From Myxococcota bacterium (GTDB lineage: Bacteria; Myxococcota_A; Polyangia; Nannocystales; Nannocystaceae), in contig JBCCHT010000038.1 in assembly GCA_039028615.1 (NCBI GenBank), positions 1 to 64,000 on the forward strand: a stretch of 64,000 nucleotides of DNA, read 5' to 3'. Under the pieces are notes generated by a model. It had not been told where the DNA came from. It searched no databases and was given only the letters and a program-made list of their open reading frames with translations. A program made the position numbers and the translations under genes. Positions 1 to 9,377 of the stretch are shown here, piece after piece (positions within the stretch are counted from its first letter, which is position 1; the number at the start of each line of letters is the position of its first letter).

Positions 1-410
1 CGGGGCGGCCGCAGCGGGAGGATGCGGACGAGGTCCCGTTCGTTGCGAGGCAGCTGAGACAGCAGGGTGTCGGCCCGGCCCCCGTCGTTGGGGCGCAGCA
101 CGGTCTGCCGGGTCATGGCCGGCACCGACATCAGGTAGTGCTCGATGTCCGTCTTCAGTGTTTCACTGAGCGAGGTCCCCCGAAGCTCGGCACGGACGAT
201 GGCCTTGGCCCGCTCGGGAGAAAGCGAGGCGAGCTGGTCGTAGCAGGCCTTGCGCGCCTGGGGGTCCTTCCCGCTGAGCCACTTCCACGCGGCCTTGGAA
301 AACGGCTCGGCGAGCTCGCCGAGCAGGTCTGCGATGGGCCCGACCGGGGTCGACTGGATGAATGCCTTCAGCCCGACGCGCAGTAGAGTCTCGCCGAGAG
401 AAGCGCTCAT
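1..410 (-). CDS. 5' part of a gene running off the window; N-terminus resembles the lead-in region of some Ser/Thr kinases
   Basis: Hand-translated from ATG at 410: MSASLGETLLRVGLKAFIQSTPVGPIADLLGELAEPFSKAAWKWLSGKD...HYLMSVPAMTRQTVLRPNDGG...DLVRILPLRPP. The frame stays open to the window edge with GC-rich third positions. It is absent from the ORF track because no stop lies in the window. The kinase link is inference only. Confidence 0.6.
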   Translation of the reverse strand, partial: MSASLGETLLRVGLKAFIQSTPVGPIADLLGELAEPFSKAAWKWLSGKDPQARKACYDQLASLSPERAKAIVRAELRGTSLSETLKTDIEHYLMSVPAMTRQTVLRPNDGGRADTLLSQLPRNERDLVRILPLRPP

Positions 411-447
411 ACCCGGTATACGCCCGGGCACTCGCGGATCTGACAGC

Positions 448-1773
448 CTACTTACATAGACCGACGCGCTGGCCCTGCGCGCTCCGGATCCGTCCTTGGG
501 GATCGAAGCGGTCGCGGACCTCCAGCCACTCGTCGAGTCGCGGGTACATCTTGCGGAACTGCTCGGGGGTGGCGAACGCGTCCTTGGCGAGATAGACGCG
601 GCCGCCGTTGGCGACGACCAGGTCGATCAGGGTGCCCACCAGCTTCTCGGTGCCGCCGTCCTTGCGCATGGGAATGTCGAGCGCCAAGGAGGTGCCGCGC
701 TGCGGGAACGAGAGCATGCCTTCGCCCAGCTCGCCGCAGTCCTTGAACACGGTGACGAAAGAGCAGCCGCCCATGCGCTGGAAGGTCTCGAGCAGCTCGC
801 GAAACAGCGGAGCCGAGGTCGGCAGCACGCACTGAAACTGGGTGAAGCCGCGTCGGCCGAAGCCGCGGTTCCACTCGTGCAGGAAGTCGAGCGGCCAGTA
901 GTACTTCTCGGGGTGCACCACGTGGGTGCGTTTTTTGGACCCGTGCTTGAGGTAGAAGCCCGTATTGAGGATGCGGATGGTGAAGGGGTTCACCAGGCCG
1001 CTGGGAAAATCGAAGGGGACCCGGAAGCCGCGCTGCACCTTGGGCGGCTCGGCCGGAGCCTCCTCGGGGGTGGCCCAGCGCCCGCGCATGACGAGCCCGC
1101 GGCCCATCTTCTTGCCGCGCGCCGAGGTGTCGATCCAGGCCACCGTCATCGGCCAGTTGGCGCTGGCCTCGGACAGCGACTCGATCACCGCCTCGAGGTG
1201 GGGCAGGCGCTCGCTCTCTTCGTAGATCCAGGGGCTGGGCAAGCGCTCGAGCTTCACCTCGACCTCGAGGATGTGCCCCGTCAGGCCCATGCCGCCGATG
1301 GTGGCGTAGAACAGCTCGGGCTCGCGGTCGGGGCCGATCTCGCGAATCTCGCCGTCCCCGGTGCGGATCTTGAGCGAGTGAACGTGGCGCCCGAAGCACC
1401 CCGCGACGTGGTGATTCTTGCCGTGGATGTCGGCGGCGACCATGCCGCCGAGCGTCACGTAGCGAGTGCCGGGAGAGACGGGGGTAAACCAGCCGCGCGC
1501 TAGCAGGACCTCGCGCAGGCTGCCCAGGCTGAGCCCGGCCTCGGCTCGCAGCATGCCCGTCTGCTCGTCGAAGCTCAGGATGCGGTCGGCCAGCGGGGTG
1601 ACGACCAGCGGTTGCTGGCTGTCTTTGGGAGGTAGGGCGGAGTCGGCGTAGGCACGACCGAGCCCCCGGCTGAGCTGGGCCTCCGTGGACAGGCGGCCGA
1701 GATCCTCACCGCGGAGGGTGTGCCCCTCGACGGCGGGATAGCGGGCCCAGCCGGTCAAACGCTCGGGGGCCAT
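448..1773 (-). CDS. FAD-binding oxidoreductase, DprE1 / D-arabinono-1,4-lactone oxidase family
   Basis: C-terminal part of ORF 448..4608, starting at MAPERLTGWARYP. Motifs SRGLGRAYADS, VSPGTRYVTLGGMVAADIHGKNHH, ATIGGMGLTGHI, GFTQFQCV and GRVYLAKD. Confidence 0.88.
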   Translation of the reverse strand: MAPERLTGWARYPAVEGHTLRGEDLGRLSTEAQLSRGLGRAYADSALPPKDSQQPLVVTPLADRILSFDEQTGMLRAEAGLSLGSLREVLLARGWFTPVSPGTRYVTLGGMVAADIHGKNHHVAGCFGRHVHSLKIRTGDGEIREIGPDREPELFYATIGGMGLTGHILEVEVKLERLPSPWIYEESERLPHLEAVIESLSEASANWPMTVAWIDTSARGKKMGRGLVMRGRWATPEEAPAEPPKVQRGFRVPFDFPSGLVNPFTIRILNTGFYLKHGSKKRTHVVHPEKYYWPLDFLHEWNRGFGRRGFTQFQCVLPTSAPLFRELLETFQRMGGCSFVTVFKDCGELGEGMLSFPQRGTSLALDIPMRKDGGTEKLVGTLIDLVVANGGRVYLAKDAFATPEQFRKMYPRLDEWLEVRDRFDPQGRIRSAQGQRVGLCK

Positions 1774-1959
1774 GTCGTTGGACGCACTCACGGCTCGACC
1801 AACCGTGACCTGCTCGGGCCGTGGGGACAAGCGAGCGGCCGGAAGTTTGTCGTCGAGTGTGTCACTTTCGTGCGCGATCACGCTCGATCGAGGCTGGTTG
1901 TAGGGTCGGGTAAAACCTGACAGGCATGGGAGAGGTGCCCGGTATTGGACCCCGACCCG

Positions 1960-4527
1960 ATGCGATCGGCGAGATATGCTGATGCCGTGCCCCTTGCCCC
2001 GGGCGAGCGCGCAGGTGAAACGGACGGTGAGCTCGGATCGGAACGGTCGAGCGAGTCGCGGCTCGACGCGCCCACGCAGGAGATCAAGAGCTTTGCCCGC
2101 ACGCCGCGGCCGCTGATCCTCCAGCGCTACATCTTGTTGGGGCAGCTGGGCAGCGGCGGCACGTCGATGGTCTACAAGGCCTACGACCCCGAGCTCGATC
2201 GCAAGGTCGCGCTCAAGCTGCTCCAGACGCGGAGCGACGACTCCCTCGGTCGCGGTCGCACTCGGTTGCTGCGCGAGGCCCAGGCGATGGCGCGGCTGAC
2301 CCATCCCAACGTGGTGACCGTGCACGACGTCTCCGTCTACGGCGAGCTCGACCTGGGGCTCGAGTCCAACGAGCTGGCCGACGCGCTCGAGATTCCCACG
2401 CACGGGGTGTTCATCGTGATGGAGCTGGTCGAGGGCGGCGACCTCCGCCGCTGGCTCAACCGTCGGCACCGACCGTGGCGATCCGTGCTCGACGTGATGC
2501 TGGCCGCGGGTCGGGGGCTGGCCGCGGCGCACGAGGTCGGGATCGTCCATCGCGACTTCAAGCCAGGCAACTTGCTCATCGGTGACGACTCGCGGGTGTT
2601 GGTCTCCGACTTCGGTCTCGCCCGGGCGGTGACCTCGTCGTCCGCGTCGGCCTCGGCCTCCGCTTCGGTCGCGTCGGCGTCCGAGTCGATGAGCGCCTCG
2701 CTCAGCTGGGACGACGCCGACAGCCACCTGACCCGCGAGGGCACGGTGCTGGGAACGCCGCCCTATATGTCGCCCGAGCAGCACCGCGGGGACGGGTCCG
2801 ATCCTCGCTCCGATCAGTTCGGCTTCGGGGTCACGCTGTACGAGGCATTGTTTGGCGTGCGGCCCTTCGCCGGGTCGACCAAGGAGATGCGGCGGGCCAA
2901 GGATCGCCGCAAGTGGCGATCGATCCCCGCGGGCACCGACGTCCCCACGCGGGTGATCCACGTGCTCGAGCGAACGCTCCAGCCCGATCCCGAAGATCGC
3001 TATCCCGGGATGCTCGAGCTGCTCGAGGCCCTCGATCGAGCGCGGCGCCCTCGGGTCTCGCTTCCCGTGATCGGGAGCGTCGGCGCGGTGGCGGTGGCGG
3101 TGGGCGTGGCCTTCAGCATGCGATCGGGCCCCGAAGAAGATCCGTGCGGGGCGGGAGCGGAACGCCTGGCCGAGGTCTGGAATCCCGATCGGCGCGAGCA
3201 GGTGCAGGCGGCGTTCGCTGCATCGACGGCTCTGTATGCCCGCAGCGCGGCTCGCCGGGTCGAGGTCGAGATCGACGAATGGACGGGAGGCTGGAACCAG
3301 GCCTATCGCGAGGCGTGCGAGGCCACCCACGTGCGGCGCGAGCAATCGATCAAGGCGCTCGACCTGCGGGTGTCGTGCCTCAACCGTCACCTGCGAGAGC
3401 TCGACGCGATGGTCGACCTGATGGTCGAGCGCGACGAGAAGGTCATCGAGAACGCAGTGGTCTCGGCCCAGTCGCTCGGCGAGGTCGAGACCTGCACCGA
3501 CGTCGCGGCTTTGGTCGCGCGCATGGAGCCGCCGGGTTCGACCGAGGCGCGGGCGCGGGTCGACGCGGGCTACGGGCGCCTGGCCGAGAGCCGGGCCCAC
3601 ATCTTGGCCGGTCGCTACGAGCAGGCGGTCGAGCTGTCCCACGAGGTGGCCGACGAAGCCGCCGCGGTGGAGTACCTGCCGCTCGAGGCGGCGGCCGAGC
3701 ACCGCATGGCGCAGGCGCTCCAGTTCATGGGTGACTTTCGGGCGGCGGAAGACCACCTGTTCAGCGCCATCCTGGCCGCCGAGCGCAGCCGCGACGAGAC
3801 CACCGCCGCCGACGCCTGGATCGACTTGGTCTGGGTGGTGGGGGTCGAGCAAGTACGACCCGAGCAAGCGCTGCAGTGGATCCGATTCGCCGAGGCCGCG
3901 CTCGATCGCCTGGGCGCAGACGAGGTGCGCCGCGCCGCGCTCGACCACAACCGCGGCGGCGTCTACTACCGACTCGGGCGCTACGGCGAGGCGCTCATCC
4001 ACTACGAGCGCGCCTACGAGACGCAGCGCGAGCACTACGGGCAGCAGCACCCGCTCGTCGCCCAGACCCTCAATCACATCGGCAACGTGCTGATCATGCA
4101 GGGCCGCTACGACGAGGCGCGGGTCAAGTGCGAGCAGGCGCTGAGCATCCGTCGCGAGACGTTGGGGTCTACACACCCCCGTGTCGCCGCGCCGCTCAAC
4201 AACCTGGCCGAGCTCGTCTCGCGCCAGGGAGATCGCGAGCAGGCGCTGCGCTACGCCGAACAAGCGCTGGCCATCACTCGCGGCAGCGGGCGCCCCGAAG
4301 AGCTCTTTGCGTGGATCTTGGTCGCGCGACAGCACGAGAACCTCGGTCACTCCACCGAGGAACTCGCCGCGCGCCGTCGATTGCTGGAGCTCCTGGCCGC
4401 GCATCCCGGCTTCGATCAATCGAGCCGAGAGGAGCACGAGGAGCGCATCAACGCGCTCGAGCAGCAGGGTTCGGCGCCTGCGCGTGCTGCGCGTGCTGCG
4501 CCTGAAGACTCGAGCCACCGACCGTGA
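1960..4527 (+). CDS. Membrane Ser/Thr protein kinase with C-terminal TPR repeats
   Basis: LGSGGTSMVY, VALK, HRDFKPGN, DFG and GTPPYMSPE; TM segment VIGSVGAVAVAVGVAF; TPR repeats (HPLVAQTLNHIGNV, HPRVAAPLNNLAEL). Start is ATG 1960 or TTG 1945. Confidence 0.92.
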   Translation: MRSARYADAVPLAPGERAGETDGELGSERSSESRLDAPTQEIKSFARTPRPLILQRYILLGQLGSGGTSMVYKAYDPELDRKVALKLLQTRSDDSLGRGRTRLLREAQAMARLTHPNVVTVHDVSVYGELDLGLESNELADALEIPTHGVFIVMELVEGGDLRRWLNRRHRPWRSVLDVMLAAGRGLAAAHEVGIVHRDFKPGNLLIGDDSRVLVSDFGLARAVTSSSASASASASVASASESMSASLSWDDADSHLTREGTVLGTPPYMSPEQHRGDGSDPRSDQFGFGVTLYEALFGVRPFAGSTKEMRRAKDRRKWRSIPAGTDVPTRVIHVLERTLQPDPEDRYPGMLELLEALDRARRPRVSLPVIGSVGAVAVAVGVAFSMRSGPEEDPCGAGAERLAEVWNPDRREQVQAAFAASTALYARSAARRVEVEIDEWTGGWNQAYREACEATHVRREQSIKALDLRVSCLNRHLRELDAMVDLMVERDEKVIENAVVSAQSLGEVETCTDVAALVARMEPPGSTEARARVDAGYGRLAESRAHILAGRYEQAVELSHEVADEAAAVEYLPLEAAAEHRMAQALQFMGDFRAAEDHLFSAILAAERSRDETTAADAWIDLVWVVGVEQVRPEQALQWIRFAEAALDRLGADEVRRAALDHNRGGVYYRLGRYGEALIHYERAYETQREHYGQQHPLVAQTLNHIGNVLIMQGRYDEARVKCEQALSIRRETLGSTHPRVAAPLNNLAELVSRQGDREQALRYAEQALAITRGSGRPEELFAWILVARQHENLGHSTEELAARRRLLELLAAHPGFDQSSREEHEERINALEQQGSAPARAARAAPEDSSHRP

Positions 4528-4764
4528 AGTGGCCACTGTTCTGGGCGCCTTCGACCGAGGGCGCTCGATCCGGGCATAGGGGCGTCGTATCCCACCATCT
4601 ACTGGCAACGGTTACAGCCACCTACCCAATGCGGCGTAGCGCCCCTGCGGACGCTGCTAAACTTCGGCTCGGAAAACTGTTGGTCTGCGAGTCCTCGTTG
4701 GTTGGACCGCGACCGGGATAGCCCCCGGCGACGTGGGCATGGAGATCGAGGACGGAAACGTAAA

Positions 4765-7032
4765 ATGGCACACGACGGCGGGAGCGGAGGGGAAAGCCCC
4801 ATCGAACGAGTCGCGTATGACTTCGTCTGTGACGAAGGCCCCCCGGACGCGGATTTTCGCGTCTATCGCATACGCTTGATGGAAGAGATCAATGGTTGCT
4901 TCGACCTCGATCTCGACTTGGTGACCGACAACCTCACGGCAGACACCGATCTGTTCATGGGGGCGAGCATCCAGCTCGACATTGCTCGAGGCGAGCACCT
5001 GCGCACGGTCTACGGGGTCGTGATCTCCGTCGATTTCATCGGCCGCTCGGAGGATCGCCTGTTCGTCAACGTTCGGGTCGTGCCCGCGTTCCACCTGCTC
5101 GGGCAGCAGACCCACTCGCGCATCTTCCAGGAGATGAGCGTCCAGGACATCCTCGACGAGGTCCTGGGGACCGAGCTGGGGGCCTATAGCCGCACCCATG
5201 ATCCGGGCAGCGCAGCCCGGGGCACGTCGCCGCGCGACTACTGCGTCCAGTACCGCGAGTCGGACTTCGACTTCTGCGTGCGCCTGATGGAGGAGGAAGG
5301 CATCTCCTACCACTTCGTGCACGACGAGGACGTGGGCCACGAGGTCCTCACGCTCACCTACGAGAACGAGGACTTCACCGACGTCAGGAACGTCGACGAC
5401 AGCTGCGTCATCCCCATCGTGGTGGCGCATGCCGGCCAGGCCGAGCTCGAGTCCATCCGCAACCTCGACTACATGCAGACGCTCACGACCACGTCGAACA
5501 TGCGTCTGGACTACGACTTCATCGCGCCGCTCGAGCCGCTCGAGGACAGCATCGAGGGCACCGATTCGAAGGGCTTCAACCGCCGCGTCTACGACCACAC
5601 GCTGCGGCGCTACATCGAAGACGACGTCGCCGATCGCAACAAGGATCACCTCGAGGCCGCGCAGGTCCGGGGCAAGATCGGCCGCGGAGCGGGCAACGTC
5701 ATCGACTTCAGCGCGGGCAAGGTCTTCGAACTCGAGCGTCACATTCGCGACGATCTCGAGACCAAGTTCCTCATCACTCGTGTGGTGCATACCGGCGAGT
5801 GCCCCGACGAGCTCATGAACGGGGGCATGGGCGGCGACCAGCCGCGCTACGGCAACTCGTTCCAGTGCATCCCGCTCGAGGTGCCCATGCGGCCGCGGCA
5901 GATCACGCCCAAGCCGCGGGTCTACGGCCCCGAGACGGCCATCGTCTCCGGTCCCGAGGAGATCCACGTCGACGAGCACGGGCGCATCAAGGTCCAGTTC
6001 CACTGGGAAGAGGAGCCGACCTACGACGACACCTCGTCGTGCTGGGTTCGCGTGCGCCAGAGCTGGTCGGGGCCCGGCTGGGGCTTCCAGTTCATTCCTC
6101 GCGTGGGGCAGGAGGTCATCGTCGACTTCCTAGGCGGCAATCCGGATCGACCCATCGTCACCGGCACCGTCTACAACGGCGACAACTCCTATCCCTACAC
6201 GATGCCCGACAACAAGACCCAGAGCGGCATCAAGACCGACTCGGTCTCGGGCGACGGCAGCAACGAGCTGCGCTTCGAGGACATGTCGGGCAGCGAGGAA
6301 GTCTACATCCACTGCCAAAAAGACTTCACGATCGCGACCGAGAACGACAAGAACCAGACCACCGGTCACGACGAGACGCTGGCCATCGGCAACGACCGCA
6401 CCAAGACGGTCGGCAACGATCAAAAAGAGACGGTCCAGAACGACAAGACGATCGACGTGCTCGGCAACCACACCGAGTCGATCACCAAGGACATGAAGCT
6501 CACGGTGACGGGCAACCGCAACGTCACCATCGTCAAGAACCACGACGAGACGATCACCGGGGCCTTCACGCAGACGGTCGCCAAGACCAGCAAGGTCACC
6601 GTGGCGCTCAAGTCCGACGAGATCGTCGGGGCCATGAAGTCGGTCAAGGTCGGCGGCCTCTACAGCAACCAGGTGGGCGCGTCCTATAGCGTCACCGCCG
6701 TCGGTGCGCTGTCGATGACCGCGGGTCTCAGCGCCAAGTTCCAGTCCGCCAAGGCGAGCACCGTCCACGCGCAGACCGACCTGACGCTCAAGAGCGACAA
6801 GGACGCCAAGATGACGTCCGGCAAGAAGATGAACATCGAAGCCGGCGACAACATGGTGATCGTTTGCAAGAAGAAGGCGACGGTCAACGCCGCCGATCAG
6901 CTCACCGTGCAGGTCGGCAAGGCCAAGATGGTCCTCAAGAAGAACGGCGACATCACCGTCGAGGGCAAGAAGGTCAACATCAAGGGCTCGGGCCCGGTGA
7001 CGATCAAGGGCTCCAAGGTCTCGATCAACTGA
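4765..7032 (+). CDS. vgrG: Type VI secretion tip protein VgrG (TssI)
   Basis: YCVQYRESDFDFCVRLMEEEGI, IHVDEHGRIKVQFHW, SSCWVRVRQSWSGPGWGFQFIPRVGQEVIVDFLGGNPDRP and NELRFED..EEVYIHCQKD; gp5-like beta-helix repeats; ends at IKGSKVSIN with no toxin extension. Confidence 0.95.
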   Translation: MAHDGGSGGESPIERVAYDFVCDEGPPDADFRVYRIRLMEEINGCFDLDLDLVTDNLTADTDLFMGASIQLDIARGEHLRTVYGVVISVDFIGRSEDRLFVNVRVVPAFHLLGQQTHSRIFQEMSVQDILDEVLGTELGAYSRTHDPGSAARGTSPRDYCVQYRESDFDFCVRLMEEEGISYHFVHDEDVGHEVLTLTYENEDFTDVRNVDDSCVIPIVVAHAGQAELESIRNLDYMQTLTTTSNMRLDYDFIAPLEPLEDSIEGTDSKGFNRRVYDHTLRRYIEDDVADRNKDHLEAAQVRGKIGRGAGNVIDFSAGKVFELERHIRDDLETKFLITRVVHTGECPDELMNGGMGGDQPRYGNSFQCIPLEVPMRPRQITPKPRVYGPETAIVSGPEEIHVDEHGRIKVQFHWEEEPTYDDTSSCWVRVRQSWSGPGWGFQFIPRVGQEVIVDFLGGNPDRPIVTGTVYNGDNSYPYTMPDNKTQSGIKTDSVSGDGSNELRFEDMSGSEEVYIHCQKDFTIATENDKNQTTGHDETLAIGNDRTKTVGNDQKETVQNDKTIDVLGNHTESITKDMKLTVTGNRNVTIVKNHDETITGAFTQTVAKTSKVTVALKSDEIVGAMKSVKVGGLYSNQVGASYSVTAVGALSMTAGLSAKFQSAKASTVHAQTDLTLKSDKDAKMTSGKKMNIEAGDNMVIVCKKKATVNAADQLTVQVGKAKMVLKKNGDITVEGKKVNIKGSGPVTIKGSKVSIN

Positions 7033-7083
7033 GAGCCGGGGCGAACGCCCGGTGCAAACTCGACGCTCGATGAGCGATCGTGC

Positions 7084-7121
7084 CAGCGAAGGCGGGGACT
7101 CCACCCCGCCTTCGTTGCTTC
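7084..7121 (+). terminator. Intrinsic terminator-like hairpin after vgrG
   Basis: Perfect 11-bp stem CGAAGGCGGGG (7087-7097) / CCCCGCCTTCG (7104-7114), 6-nt loop, followed by TTGCTTC. Confidence 0.65.
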
Positions 7122-7370
7122 GAATTGCCGCTCCACGGTGGATCGTTGCCCCAGAAGGGGAATCCCGACCGCGTCGTATTGCCGCATTGGTGTGAGGCAA
7201 GCAGAGGTCGTGCACGGCACTGGTGCAACCTACGCCGCAAGAGGGTGCCAAAACGGCCACGAGCGGCTGAATTCAGCATCTTCGCGGACCCTGCGCTCCG
7301 CTGTGTGTGGGTTGCTGTGGGGTGCATACCGACGCGAAGGGCCTGGTAGCCTTCGGCCATAGAACCCCAG

Positions 7371-9362
7371 ATGGATCATCCCATGCGCGCGTGCTCGGCT
7401 TCATCCCTTCGAACCTTCTGTCTATTGCTTGGACCCGCCGCCGTCGTTGCGTTGGCCTCCTCGCCAGCCCACGCGCTCGATCCGTTCGCGGACGCCAGTG
7501 CTCTGCTGAACAACCCGAACTTGTCCAGCGGTGTCGCCATTGGTGTCACCGACATGAACAACGACGGGCTGGACGACATCGTACGACTGGATCAAGCCCA
7601 CGTACTGGAGGTCGAGTACCAACAAGCGGACGGGACCTTCACGCACTACGTGTTTGGTGAGCTGCCGGGCGGTCAGTGGGGATTGGCCATCGGCGACGTC
7701 GATCGCAACGGCTTCAACGACATCTTCACCAGCGGGGCCTACAACGGGCTGAAGCTCCTCACCGCGAACGAGGACGGCACCGAGTTCGATCTCGAGGTGT
7801 TCAACAGCCCCAGCGTGTTCACCCAGTGCGTGAACTTTGCCGACATCGACAACAACGGCACGCTCGACCTGTTCATCTGCCACGACGACGGGATCTCGGC
7901 GCCGATGAACAACGATGGCATGGGTAACTTCACCTATGACCTGGGCCTCATCAACGCCGCCTCGACCCTGCCCTCCGACAACTCGGGGAACTACGGCTCG
8001 GTCTGGACCGACTACGACAGCGACGGGGACCTCGACCTGTACATCGCCAAGTGCCGACTCTTCGTCTCCGAGCCGATGGACGGCCGGCGCTTGAACCTGC
8101 TGTTCGAGAACGACGGCAACGGCAACTTTACCGACGTCGCCGAAGAGGTCGGCCTGCGACCGGGCGCGCAGTCGTGGGCGATGGACTTCGGTGACATCGA
8201 CAACGACGGGGACATGGACGCGTTCCCGCTCAACCACGACATGATCAGCCAGCTGTACGAGAACCTGGGGCCGGGTGACGACCAGGGCATGTACATGGAC
8301 ATCACCGCGGGCTCGGGGATGACCGAAGACCTCCAGAGCGTGGGCCTGGGCATCCAGACCCACATGGAGGACTTCGACAACGACACGTTCCTCGACATCC
8401 TCTTCACGGGGCGCGACGGCGAGCACCGCCTGTTCATCAACAACGGCGACATGACCTTCACCGCCGAGGAAGAGCCCTTCCCCACCGGGGGCCCGGGCAT
8501 CCAGAGCGCGGTGGTCGGTGACCTCAACGCCGACGGCTTCCCGGACATCCTGGCCGGCTTCGCCACGGGCTTCAACAACCCCAGCGACTCGAACCCCGAC
8601 CGCCTGTTCCTCAACCCGGGCAACGACAACAACTGGCTCGACGTGCGCCTGACCGGCGTCGAGAGCAACATCAGCGCGGTGGGTGCTCGCGTCGAGCTGC
8701 ACGGTGCCTGGGGCGTGATGATTCGCGAGGTCCGGGCCGGCGAGGCCTACGGCATCACGAACTCCTTCATCCGCCACTTCGGCCTGGGTGAGAACGAGAC
8801 CATCGATCAGGTCGTCGTTCGCTGGCCCTCGGGACACGTCGACACCGCCGACAACCCGGCCGTGCTCAACGAGCAGGTCCACATCATCGAGGGGTGTGGG
8901 GCCGAGTGGTACCCGGATACCGACGGCGACGGCTTCGGTGATCCCGATGCCGCCATCACCGGCTGCTTGCCGCCCCAGGGCCACGTGCAGGACGCCACCG
9001 ACTGCGACGACACCGACGCGACGGTGTCACCCGACGGCGTCGAGGTCTGCGACGGCATCGACAACGACTGCAACGGTGCGATCGACGACGGCCTCGACGT
9101 TCCCTGCGATCCGGGCGGCACCGATGCGGGCGCCGACACCACCGCGGGCGACGACGTGAACCCCGGCGACTCGGGCCCCATCGACACCGACGGTGGTACC
9201 GCCGGCACGGGTGATGACGCTGGCGCGGCCGATGACGGCTCCGGTGGCGGCTGTGCGTGCGATACTTCGAGTGGCAACGGTGGCGCTGGCTTCACCTTGC
9301 TGACTCTCGGCATGCTCTTCGGTCTGCGACGTCGCCGTCTCAGCCTTCTCGCTCGCCGCTAA
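7371..9362 (+). CDS. Secreted FG-GAP repeat / ASPIC-UnbV (CRTAC1-like) protein with putative metal-binding repeat and MYXO-CTERM anchor
   Basis: Signal peptide ending AHA; repeated DxDxDGxxD motifs; GARVEL...HFGLG...VRWPSG (ASPIC/UnbV); WYPDTDGDGFGD...DCDD...EVCDGIDNDCNG; C-terminal GGGCAC-x-TM-RRRR. Confidence 0.88.
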   Translation: MDHPMRACSASSLRTFCLLLGPAAVVALASSPAHALDPFADASALLNNPNLSSGVAIGVTDMNNDGLDDIVRLDQAHVLEVEYQQADGTFTHYVFGELPGGQWGLAIGDVDRNGFNDIFTSGAYNGLKLLTANEDGTEFDLEVFNSPSVFTQCVNFADIDNNGTLDLFICHDDGISAPMNNDGMGNFTYDLGLINAASTLPSDNSGNYGSVWTDYDSDGDLDLYIAKCRLFVSEPMDGRRLNLLFENDGNGNFTDVAEEVGLRPGAQSWAMDFGDIDNDGDMDAFPLNHDMISQLYENLGPGDDQGMYMDITAGSGMTEDLQSVGLGIQTHMEDFDNDTFLDILFTGRDGEHRLFINNGDMTFTAEEEPFPTGGPGIQSAVVGDLNADGFPDILAGFATGFNNPSDSNPDRLFLNPGNDNNWLDVRLTGVESNISAVGARVELHGAWGVMIREVRAGEAYGITNSFIRHFGLGENETIDQVVVRWPSGHVDTADNPAVLNEQVHIIEGCGAEWYPDTDGDGFGDPDAAITGCLPPQGHVQDATDCDDTDATVSPDGVEVCDGIDNDCNGAIDDGLDVPCDPGGTDAGADTTAGDDVNPGDSGPIDTDGGTAGTGDDAGAADDGSGGGCACDTSSGNGGAGFTLLTLGMLFGLRRRRLSLLARR

Positions 9363-9377
9363 CTAAAGGAAGAGGCT

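Noticed and set aside
448..4608. 1386-aa ORF suggesting a giant fusion protein
   Set aside because: Only 448-1773 is a recognisable oxidoreductase; the rest is the stop-free antisense shadow of the kinase gene, which is common in GC-rich DNA.
4602..4620. Possible sigma-54 promoter TGGCAACGGTTACAGC upstream of vgrG
   Set aside because: The GG-to-GC spacing is one base longer than the strict -24/-12 requirement.
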